Source: Candidatus Omnitrophota bacterium
GTDB lineage: Bacteria > Omnitrophota > Gorgyraeia > Zapsychrales > Fredricksoniimonadaceae
Assembly (NCBI GenBank): GCA_015233375.1
Contig: JADFXW010000005.1
Span: 541 to 41,027, forward strand
DNA: 40,487 nt
Direction: 5' to 3'
A program made the translations under genes and the position numbers. The notes below the pieces were generated by a model, which was given only the letters and a program-made list of their open reading frames with translations, was not told the DNA's origin and ran no database searches. Numbering within the stretch: the first letter of the stretch is position 1; every line of letters starts with the position of its first letter. Shown piece by piece: positions 21,945 to 29,412 of this stretch.

Positions 21945-21959
21945 AATATAAAAATAGTA

Positions 21960-21996
21960 TAAAGGCCTCTTTAGGATATCCCTCCAGAGGCCTTTA
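21960..21996 (-). terminator. Hairpin downstream of rsfS (probable terminator)
   Basis: TAAAGGCCTCT / AGAGGCCTTTA 11-bp stem. Confidence 0.65.
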
Positions 21997-22007
21997 AATA
22001 TATAAAA

Positions 22008-22424
22008 TTACACTTTCTTACGACGGGAAATTTTATATTCTAGCCTTGGGGCATCTTGCCAAAGATGTTCTAAGGCATAAAACTCACGGGATCTGGGCTC
22101 AAACACATGGACCACCACATTCCCTAAATCTAATATAACCCATGCCCCATTCTCTTGGGCTAGTAACACACCCGATTTATCCAGGTTCCTGGATTTCCCA
22201 TTCCCCTTATTATTAAGCCCTTCGTCAACGCCTTCAGCGATGGCTTTGATGTGCCTGTCAGATGTACCTGTTGCAATGATAAAGAAATCACAGAAATTGA
22301 CCATCTGACGCATGTCTAAAATGACAATATCTTCTGCCTTCTTATCATTAGCCAACTTCGCTATCTTCTCGGCTAAACCTTGAGAATTGAGCTCTTTTTT
22401 GCGAATAGTTCCCGTTCTTGCCAC
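22008..22424 (-). CDS. rsfS: Ribosome silencing factor
   Basis: DKKAEDIVILD, WVILDLGNVVVHVF, REFYALEHLW; GTG start. Confidence 0.96.
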   Translation of the reverse strand: MARTGTIRKKELNSQGLAEKIAKLANDKKAEDIVILDMRQMVNFCDFFIIATGTSDRHIKAIAEGVDEGLNNKGNGKSRNLDKSGVLLAQENGAWVILDLGNVVVHVFEPRSREFYALEHLWQDAPRLEYKISRRKKV

Positions 22425-22598
22425 TTATTTAGTTTTCAATTTTGCAGCTTGATCTTTACTTAAAACGCGCCAGCATTCATGTGGCCCCTTAGGAGATTTA
22501 GCTACCGCAAAAAAACGGCCGCTTTTTTCCTTTACCTCATAAACTTCCGTTTCAAATTTTCCCTTGGTCTTCACATCATAAAACGATAATTTCTCCAT
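22425..22598 (-). CDS. 57-aa basic protein resembling crenarchaeal chromatin protein CC1 (absent from ORF track)
   Basis: MEKLSFYDVKTKGKFETEVYEVKEKSGRFFAVAKSPKGPHECWRVLSKDQAAKLKTK; SD GAGGAGG (22604-22610); TAA directly abuts the rsfS GTG. Confidence 0.85.
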   Translation of the reverse strand: MEKLSFYDVKTKGKFETEVYEVKEKSGRFFAVAKSPKGPHECWRVLSKDQAAKLKTK

Positions 22599-22673
22599 CC
22601 AAGCCTCCTCATGTTTTTGTTAATTTATCTTAAGAATGCTCTTCACGCATTCGAGAAAAATCAATTTAAACAA

Positions 22674-22702
22674 AGTGTAATGGATAATATTTTCTTTGTC
22701 AA
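22674..22702 (-). promoter_or_regulatory. sigma70 promoter for the CC1-like gene and rsfS
   Basis: TTGACA (22697-22702), 17 nt, TACACT (22674-22679). Confidence 0.8.
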
Positions 22703-22715
22703 TTCAATTTAAAAA

Positions 22716-23744
22716 CTACTCGGATTTTAAAGAACGACCCATTAAATCTTTCATGGCCAAAAGAGCTGACTTTTGTTCAAAAATAATATTATAAACCTCT
22801 GTCACAATAGGCATAGGGATTTTCATTCGACACGCTAATCGATAGACCGCGCGGGCTGTCACAACACCCTCGGCCACCGCATTCATATGCCCTAAAATCG
22901 CCATTATCTTTTTACCTTGACCCAAGGCCTCACCCACCGTACGGTTACGGCTGTCCGGGCTAAAACAGGTCGTGGCCAAATCGCCAAGACCTGCCAGGCC
23001 ATAAAAGGTTTCAGGCCTGCCACCTAACGCAATACCAAGACGAGTTATTTCAGCAAGACCGCGGGTCAAAATAGCCGCCTTTGTATTGGTCCCCAGTTTA
23101 AGCCCATCACATATCCCGCAGGCCAAGGCAATAACGTTTTTGACACTACCCCCTATTTCAACACCAATCATGTCCGTATTCGTATAAATACGGAAGGTGT
23201 CAGAATTAAAAACCTTTTGGATGGATGACGCTAACCTTAAATCGCTGCAAGCCGCCACCGCGGTTGTCGGGATACATGAGGCCACCTCAGGGGCAATGGT
23301 TGGGCCTGATAAGACAACCAGGGGAGATTCTGGCAAGTGATCCTTAATAATTTCTGACATCCGCTTAAAAGACACGGGATGTATCCCCTTGACCACACTG
23401 ACAAAGACCTTGCCTTGATAGGCTGTTTTTTTGATATTAATTAATGTATTAGTTAAATATTCTGAAGGAATGGCTAAAACAACCAAATCACCAAAAGTAA
23501 TCGCTTCATCAATGTTAGAAGTTAACTCAACCTTGGCCGGTATTTTAAATTTAGGCAGGAATTTCTTGTTAATCCGGGTCTTTTGCATCTGGGCGATATT
23601 CAAAGGGAAAGCACCCCAAAGCATGACTGGATATTTCTTCCGGCTTAAATGAATTGCCAGTGTCGTGCCCCAGGCCCCATCGCCAATAATGCATATTCTT
23701 TTAAATGAAACAGCTTTTAGTGCCAAATGAAAATCTCCCGCCAA
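22716..23744 (-). CDS. gpsA: NAD(P)H-dependent glycerol-3-phosphate dehydrogenase
   Basis: GDGAWGT, SGPT.A.EV, KNVIA, GLAGLGDLATTC..SRN. True start may be TTG at 23726 (GGAG upstream). Confidence 0.96.
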   Translation of the reverse strand: MAGDFHLALKAVSFKRICIIGDGAWGTTLAIHLSRKKYPVMLWGAFPLNIAQMQKTRINKKFLPKFKIPAKVELTSNIDEAITFGDLVVLAIPSEYLTNTLINIKKTAYQGKVFVSVVKGIHPVSFKRMSEIIKDHLPESPLVVLSGPTIAPEVASCIPTTAVAACSDLRLASSIQKVFNSDTFRIYTNTDMIGVEIGGSVKNVIALACGICDGLKLGTNTKAAILTRGLAEITRLGIALGGRPETFYGLAGLGDLATTCFSPDSRNRTVGEALGQGKKIMAILGHMNAVAEGVVTARAVYRLACRMKIPMPIVTEVYNIIFEQKSALLAMKDLMGRSLKSE

Positions 23745-24421
23745 ATTTCAAACATATAAGCCGCGCCCCATTTGAGGATTTGTAATTTACGCTCTCCACC
23801 CTCGCGGGCTGGCTCATCGCCTGGAATATCAATCAACTTTAACCGGCGTTTTGCAGCACGGATAGACAATAAAGGTTCCCAACTAATCTTTGTCTTAAAT
23901 AATTTTTCTTCAAATGAATAACTGGCATCTTTATCAAGGTCTAAATCATAAATCAACTGCTTAGGATACGCCCTATAAATCACCATGGCGTCTGTATAAT
24001 GCGCCCTATGTAATAAATTAATAGAGCCTGTAAATAACCAGTTACCAAAGGCCGTGATAACATCATCATCGTAACTCTTCGCACCCTTCGCATAACGGGA
24101 CACGATGCACATATCATAACCTTCTTTTATCTTAAGAAGGCACTCTGGAATAAGCTCAGGGATAGAATTGCCATCAGGGCTAAAGGTCAGGATAACGTCC
24201 CCTTTAATAAAAGGTAGGGCATCCATATAGGCCCCGCGAATTCCTGGAGATTTTTGCATCACCACATCATAACCCATTTCACGGGCAATATCCGCAGTGC
24301 CATCCTTAGAATTACCATCCACAATAAGGACTTGATCAACCCATTCCTTCTTGACCTTAGGCATAACGGCACGCATACCCACAGCTTCATTCAAGGTCGG
24401 GACTAATAAGGTTGTCTTCAT
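23717..24421 (-). CDS. Glycosyltransferase family 2 (DPM1-like)
   Basis: VPTLNE, VDGNSKDGT, SPDG (variant DxD), VSRY; start ATG 24421. Confidence 0.88.
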   Translation of the reverse strand: MKTTLLVPTLNEAVGMRAVMPKVKKEWVDQVLIVDGNSKDGTADIAREMGYDVVMQKSPGIRGAYMDALPFIKGDVILTFSPDGNSIPELIPECLLKIKEGYDMCIVSRYAKGAKSYDDDVITAFGNWLFTGSINLLHRAHYTDAMVIYRAYPKQLIYDLDLDKDASYSFEEKLFKTKISWEPLLSIRAAKRRLKLIDIPGDEPAREGGERKLQILKWGAAYMFEIWREIFIWH

Positions 24422-24452
24422 AAATGTCCTTTTTTCCAATAGGGACTTTAAT

Positions 24453-24526
24453 TGGAGCGGGAGAACGGAATCGAACCGTCGTTCTTAGCTTGGAAGGCTA
24501 GAGTTCTGCCACTGAACTACTCCCGC
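24453..24526 (-). tRNA. tRNA-Gly(TCC)
   Basis: GCGGGAGTAGTTCAGTGG...CTTCCAA...GGTTCGATTCC...CTCCCGCTCCA cloverleaf; CCA encoded. Confidence 0.96.
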
Positions 24527-24528
24527 GT

Positions 24529-24563
24529 CCCACCCCTACATCCCTCCCTCATGATGAGGGAGG
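24529..24563. repeat. Family-A-like palindrome in the tRNA-Tyr/Gly spacer
   Basis: CCCACCCCTACATC-CCTCCCTCATGATGAGGGAGG: same C-rich tail plus hairpin architecture as family A. Confidence 0.6.
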
Positions 24564-24592
24564 TTTGAAGCAGGGGCGGAAATTCTTTTATA

Positions 24593-24673
24593 TGGGCAGG
24601 GAAGGATTCGAACCTCCGAAGCGTGTGCAGCAGATTTACAGTCTGCCCCCGTTGACCACTTGGGTACCTGCCC
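24593..24673 (-). tRNA. tRNA-Tyr(GTA)
   Basis: GGGCAGGTACCCAAGTGG...CTGTAAA...long variable arm...GGTTCGAATCC; CCA not encoded. Confidence 0.95.
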
Positions 24674-24686
24674 TAAAAATATTATA

Positions 24687-24762
24687 TGGAGCTGGCTAGA
24701 GGCTTCGAACCCCCGACCTGCTGATTACAAATCAGCTGCTCTACCAACTGAGCTAAGCCAGC
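24687..24762 (-). tRNA. tRNA-Thr(TGT)
   Basis: GCTGGCTTAGCTCAGTTGGTAGAGC...TTTGTAA...GGTTCGAAGCC...GCCAGCTCCA, 76 nt. Confidence 0.95.
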
Positions 24763-24957
24763 ATAATCATCAATTCTTAGATGACGAATTATACAATATA
24801 TTCACGTTTTGTATATATTTTTTTTGATTTATAAAACCGATTGGGGACACTTCTGCTGTAAATACCTGCAGCTCTAGAGTCCACGCAGAAGCGGTCTGGC
24901 TTATTGTCTGGCTTATTCTATTTGCGGATGATTTTTGTTTATGTTAGAGTACACTTC

Positions 24958-25686
24958 ATGCGTATTCATAAGAATATATTATTGGCCAAAGACGTGGATG
25001 GTTTCTTGACGGATCGTGAAGGGCAAATACTCTATAGTTTAGCCTTTGAGTGTCGAGGAGTTGGAAGCATTGTTGAAATCGGGTCCTGGAAAGGCAAATC
25101 CACGATTTGGTTGGCCCAAGGCGTTAAGGATGCCAAAAAGAAGCAGGTTCTTTATGCGATTGATCCACATGTTGGATCATCAGAACACCAACAAGAAAAC
25201 CACAAGGTGTGGACCTATGAAGAATTTCTTAAAAATATTGATGCGGCGAACGTAACCGATATCATCCATCCAATTGTAAAATATTCATCAGAAGCCATCC
25301 CTGATCTGAAGGTCAGGCCCATCGAGCTGCTTTTTATCGATGGCGCCCATGAATATGAATTTGTGGCCCAAGACTATAAACTTTTCGCGCCACTTGTTTC
25401 TATGGATGGTTATGTGGCTTTTCATGACACGCCATGGCCTGGGGTCAAACAATTTATCAAAGAAATCTTTAAATCTAATGAGCTCAAGAATATTTACTTT
25501 GTTGATACGATTTTATTAGCCCAAAAGACCTCGTCTTTATCTTTAAAGGATAAAATTAAAAATCGATTTATGCTTGGGCTTCATCAACAACTTCAACAGG
25601 CTTGTGATTCTAAGGCCCCAAAAACCTTCCGGGCTCTTTGGAAAAATTGGATTAAACTAATGAGGGATATTCTTTACCAGCTTTAA
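24958..25686 (+). CDS. Class I SAM-dependent methyltransferase (Methyltransf_24-like)
   Basis: VEIGSWKGKST, AIDPH.GS, LFIDGAHEYE, AFHD; start ATG 24958. Confidence 0.88.
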   Translation: MRIHKNILLAKDVDGFLTDREGQILYSLAFECRGVGSIVEIGSWKGKSTIWLAQGVKDAKKKQVLYAIDPHVGSSEHQQENHKVWTYEEFLKNIDAANVTDIIHPIVKYSSEAIPDLKVRPIELLFIDGAHEYEFVAQDYKLFAPLVSMDGYVAFHDTPWPGVKQFIKEIFKSNELKNIYFVDTILLAQKTSSLSLKDKIKNRFMLGLHQQLQQACDSKAPKTFRALWKNWIKLMRDILYQL

Positions 25687-26309
25687 TCCAGGCAGGAGGT
25701 AATATCTGCTTTTTGAGCGAGGCTGATAAGTTCTGTGACGGTTTTGACCTGCATCTTCTTCATGACTTGGCCTCGTTGGACCTTGATTGTTTGTAAGGAC
25801 GTCCCCCGCTTTGCAGCAATCTGTTTATTCAATAAGCCTCGGGCCACTAACTGAAAAACCTCTAGTTCTCGCGGCGACAGGGTACTAATATGCTTTTTGA
25901 TTTGGGCCACCTCGGCTTGACCCTGATTAAGGACCTTGCTTCGCACAAGGGCTGCTGTGACGCTTTTAAGTAATTCTTTATTCTTAAAAGGCTTGGCCAA
26001 AAAATCAATCGCCCCTGCCTTCATGGCCTTTACTGTCATGGGAATATTGCCATGACCTGTTATAAATATAATAGGGACAAGAATCCCTCGTTGGCTCATT
26101 ATTTCCTGAAGGGCGAATCCATTAATATTCGGAAGACTGATGTCTAATATCAAACATGAGGGTATCTTGGGATGCTTAAAGTCTAAAAATCCTGAAGCAC
26201 TGGTGAATGTTTCTACCCTGAATCCCTGTGATTTTAACAATAGGCTCAAGGCTCGGCACACGGAAACATCATCGTCAACAACATAAAGGATTGACCCTGG
26301 AAGACTCAT
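25683..26309 (-). CDS. FixJ/NodW/TodT-family response regulator (REC + LuxR HTH)
   Basis: VVDDD, CLILD, FITGHG, AMKAGAIDFLAKP, GLLNKQIA..TIKVQRGQVMKKM; ATGA overlap with the kinase. Confidence 0.93.
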   Translation of the reverse strand: MSLPGSILYVVDDDVSVCRALSLLLKSQGFRVETFTSASGFLDFKHPKIPSCLILDISLPNINGFALQEIMSQRGILVPIIFITGHGNIPMTVKAMKAGAIDFLAKPFKNKELLKSVTAALVRSKVLNQGQAEVAQIKKHISTLSPRELEVFQLVARGLLNKQIAAKRGTSLQTIKVQRGQVMKKMQVKTVTELISLAQKADITSCLD

Positions 26310-27571
26310 ATATTTTCCTTTATGGCAACAGGAAGAGAAAAACTGAAAGTTGATCCGCAATCCACATTATTCTCTGCCTCTAAATGGCCGCCATGGGCCT
26401 CTACAATGGAACGGCTGATGGATAAGCCCATCCCCAACCCATCTGGTTTGCTCGTAAAAAAATGGGAGAATAACTTCTTTATATTTTCTGGTGGGATACC
26501 ACATCCGGAATCCTTGACCTGAACCATAATCGTTTTAGTATTCATAAGAAATGATTTAATCAATAAATCTCTGGATTCAGGCCTCTCACCCATGGCCTCC
26601 AAACTATTGCTGATAAGATTTAAAAGCACTTGCTGTAATTGTACCCTGTCTCCCAGAATCACAGGAAGCTTGCTATCCAACTCAAAATTAATAATTTTAT
26701 TTTTTGAAATGACATGGGCCAACATAAGGGCCGTCGTATCCTTAATCAGATCATTAATATTTAAAAGTTTAAAAGCAGGTTTATTCTTTTTTAATAATTC
26801 CCTTAACCGCTGGATAACCTCGGAGGCCCTCACATCATCATTAATAATATTCTGGATAATTTCCTGCAGCTGGGGCTCTCTACCTTTAAAAAGACGCTGA
26901 ATAGCCTCCGCATAAGAAAGAATCGCGGCCAGGGGTTGGCTTATTTCATGAGCCAAAGAAGAAACAAATTCCGCAAGTTTCCCAACCCTCGTGACATGCA
27001 AAAGCTCTTCACGCTGCAGGTTAATTTCTGACTCCCGCTGTTTCATTAATGTGGTATCTGTTTTAATCCCCACATAATGAGTGATGACCCCTTCATTATC
27101 ACGTACCGGCGCGATACGCAGTAAAGTCCAATACTTTTCGCCATTCCTTTTGTATTTTAATATCTCCCCATGAAAAGATTTTCCCTGGAGTAAATTTTTT
27201 TTTATTTCTTCAGGGTTACTCAAATTAACATCAAAACCGTTAAGTAAAAAATAACCTTTTCCCAAGACATCTTTCTTGGAATAACCGGTAATCCTTAAAA
27301 AAGACGGGTTAACATAAATAATAGGAAAATCAGGTTTGATGGCATCAATAATAAAAATAGCATCCAATGTGAATTCCATGGCCTTGGTTTGAATATATAT
27401 TTGCTCTTCTGCAGATTTTTCTCTATCAGCGCCTTCCTTGAGCTGCCCTTTTTTATTCTTTAGTTCAGCTGATTGGCGACTAATTTTCTTTTCTAAACTG
27501 CTGCGAGTAAAATCTTTTATTCGTTGTTTTTTTATTTTCTTTTGCTTATGCACCGTTTTATTGTTTTTCAT
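26306..27571 (-). CDS. Cytoplasmic PAS/PAC sensor histidine kinase (FixL/NodV-like)
   Basis: PAS-PAC; H-box LAHEISQPL; QLQQVLLNL..N, DSGCGI, FFTSKPDGLGMGL. Confidence 0.93.
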   Translation of the reverse strand: MKNNKTVHKQKKIKKQRIKDFTRSSLEKKISRQSAELKNKKGQLKEGADREKSAEEQIYIQTKAMEFTLDAIFIIDAIKPDFPIIYVNPSFLRITGYSKKDVLGKGYFLLNGFDVNLSNPEEIKKNLLQGKSFHGEILKYKRNGEKYWTLLRIAPVRDNEGVITHYVGIKTDTTLMKQRESEINLQREELLHVTRVGKLAEFVSSLAHEISQPLAAILSYAEAIQRLFKGREPQLQEIIQNIINDDVRASEVIQRLRELLKKNKPAFKLLNINDLIKDTTALMLAHVISKNKIINFELDSKLPVILGDRVQLQQVLLNLISNSLEAMGERPESRDLLIKSFLMNTKTIMVQVKDSGCGIPPENIKKLFSHFFTSKPDGLGMGLSISRSIVEAHGGHLEAENNVDCGSTFSFSLPVAIKENI

Positions 27572-27584
27572 TGAGAATCGCCTT

Positions 27585-27947
27585 TTATTTTTTTAATGTT
27601 GAATTGATAAGAGAAACCAAGTCCTGACCATGAATAGGTTTTTGTAAATAACCCACTGCTCCAGCATTAAGGGCCCGTTGAAGAGCGTTCTCTTTCTTCT
27701 CAGCAGAAATAAAAATAACGGGGTGTTTCGATCCAGAATCAATATTTTTCTTCTGTGCCTGCCATCCATCCATCCCGGGCATATGGATATCAAGAAGCAA
27801 ACAACCTGGCAGATCCACATTTTCATTCTCAAAAAAACTTTGTGCTGAATTAAATGTTTTCACCTCAAAACCAAAGGTCATTAAAAGAATTTTAAGCGAG
27901 CGACATACGGATTCGTCATCATCGACAATATATATATTTGTGGACAT
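27585..27947 (-). CDS. Single-domain response regulator
   Basis: IVDDD, LLDIHMPGMDG, FISA, YLQKP. Confidence 0.92.
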   Translation of the reverse strand: MSTNIYIVDDDESVCRSLKILLMTFGFEVKTFNSAQSFFENENVDLPGCLLLDIHMPGMDGWQAQKKNIDSGSKHPVIFISAEKKENALQRALNAGAVGYLQKPIHGQDLVSLINSTLKK

Positions 27948-28049
27948 TTTTCTCCCTAAATATAATAAATCAAAGAAAACAAGTTGGAAGCAAAAACTCC
28001 GATCAAAATTGACTTGTTATTATTATGATGCAAAGAAACTTGGATAACA

Positions 28050-28067
28050 ATTATACCAAGGTATAAT
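28050..28067. promoter_or_regulatory. Palindromic operator ATTATACC-AA-GGTATAAT (copy 1)
   Basis: Perfect 8-2-8 palindrome, 22 nt upstream of CATAAT (minus strand, 28022-28027). Confidence 0.7.
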
Positions 28068-28140
28068 ACCACAATCTTTCCTGCTAAACACCTTTTGATG
28101 CCTCACAGGAAAGATTTCAAACCTAAAGCACAGTCGTTGC

Positions 28141-28200
28141 CTAAATAAAGATTATTCTACAGAGAAACAACATCCACTGCCCTAATGTATTATGTTCCAT
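28141..28200 (-). CDS. Putative 19-aa small ORF (MEHNTLGQWMLFLCRIIFI) or gene remnant
   Basis: Strong SD GGGGGAGGGT 6 nt before the ATG; followed by an 11-bp-stem hairpin at 28073-28116. Confidence 0.35.
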   Translation of the reverse strand: MEHNTLGQWMLFLCRIIFI

Positions 28201-28319
28201 GATTCCACCCTCCCCCTTTTTATCCCCTTACCGTTCTTACAAAAAAACTGTAATGGGTTAAAATCTGCTCTTTTTCTGGCCTGGATGAAGGTAGTATGGA
28301 ACAATTCCAAATATTATCA

Positions 28320-28337
28320 ATTATACCAAGGTATAAT
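28320..28337. promoter_or_regulatory. Palindromic operator ATTATACC-AA-GGTATAAT (copy 2)
   Basis: 21-bp exact repeat of 28048-28068; 21 nt upstream of CATACT (minus strand, 28293-28298). Confidence 0.7.
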
Positions 28338-28346
28338 AGGCTGTAT

Positions 28347-29393
28347 TTACCTGATATCTTTAATATGCTCTTCGGTGTATCTGATTATCTGGCGCATCAT
28401 ATCAACGGATTCTACAGGATATTTTCCTGCAGCCGTTTCCGCGGAAAGCATTAAAAAATCAGAACCATCCAAAAGAGCATTGGCCACATCTGTCACTTCC
28501 GCGCGGGTCGGCCTTAAATGCTCTGTCATGCTTTCTAACATTTGCGTTGCGGTTATCACAATTTTCTTCATGCGGTTACATTTTTGGATAAGCATCTTTT
28601 GAATGACAGCTATCTCATAAATGGGCAGACAAACACCCATATCGCCCCGCGCAATCATTATCCCATCAGAAACAGACATGATTTCATCAATATTTTTAAT
28701 ACCCTGCTTGTTCTCGATTTTAGCAATGATCTGACAGCCAGGACGCCGGTCCTTGACAGAATCCCTAAATTTCAAGATATCCTCCTTACTCCTGACAAAG
28801 GACTGGGCAATATAATCCACCTTGTTTTTAACACAAAATTCTATGTTCACCTTATCCTTATCCGTCAACCCGCTAAATTTCAGATCAATCTCTGGAATAT
28901 TGATCCCCTTATGCTCTTTTAAAACACCTGGGACAATCACTTCTGCCTTAAGAGAGCCCTTGTTGCCTGAAATAACCTTAATCGCGATAAGCCCATCATC
29001 AATATAAATCAAAGTACCCTTGCGAATATCCCTTAGATCCCCTTGATAGTCCAGAGGCACAACACCTTTGGTACAAAGACCTGGCTCATTAGTTAATATA
29101 AGCGTTTGCTTTTTCTTTAACAGGATATCACCTGGAAGCTTCCCAATCCTGACCCTAAAACCTTCCAAGTCACCTAATATTTTGACCCCAGAAGAGGACA
29201 GGGCCCTTGTAAAGCCTGGGCCTGTCCCCTTGTTTAAAGTCCTTATCAAATTAATATTTTTCGTATGTTGACCAAGATGGCCATGAGAAAAATTAAGACG
29301 GGCCACATCCATACCCGCCAAGATCATCCCTTTGAGAACGGTTTGTGTGTTGCTTGCTGGTCCAATCGTACAAATAATGCGTGTTTTGGCCAT
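28347..29393 (-). CDS. pyk: Pyruvate kinase lacking the C-terminal regulatory domain
   Basis: IICTIGPAS, ARLNFSHG, IIAKIEN, MIARGDMG, ATQMLESM, PTRAEVTDVANA, MLSAETA; ends at 348 aa. Confidence 0.93.
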   Translation of the reverse strand: MAKTRIICTIGPASNTQTVLKGMILAGMDVARLNFSHGHLGQHTKNINLIRTLNKGTGPGFTRALSSSGVKILGDLEGFRVRIGKLPGDILLKKKQTLILTNEPGLCTKGVVPLDYQGDLRDIRKGTLIYIDDGLIAIKVISGNKGSLKAEVIVPGVLKEHKGINIPEIDLKFSGLTDKDKVNIEFCVKNKVDYIAQSFVRSKEDILKFRDSVKDRRPGCQIIAKIENKQGIKNIDEIMSVSDGIMIARGDMGVCLPIYEIAVIQKMLIQKCNRMKKIVITATQMLESMTEHLRPTRAEVTDVANALLDGSDFLMLSAETAAGKYPVESVDMMRQIIRYTEEHIKDIR

Positions 29394-29412
29394 TTTTACA
29401 TCCCTTCATAAT

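Noticed and set aside
24894-24917. 12-bp tandem duplication GTCTGGCTTATT x2
   Set aside because: Only two copies, intergenic; probably slippage or repeat debris with no supportable function.
28192-28602. 136-aa + strand ORF
   Set aside because: Antisense to pyk and to the operator region; no recognisable motifs.
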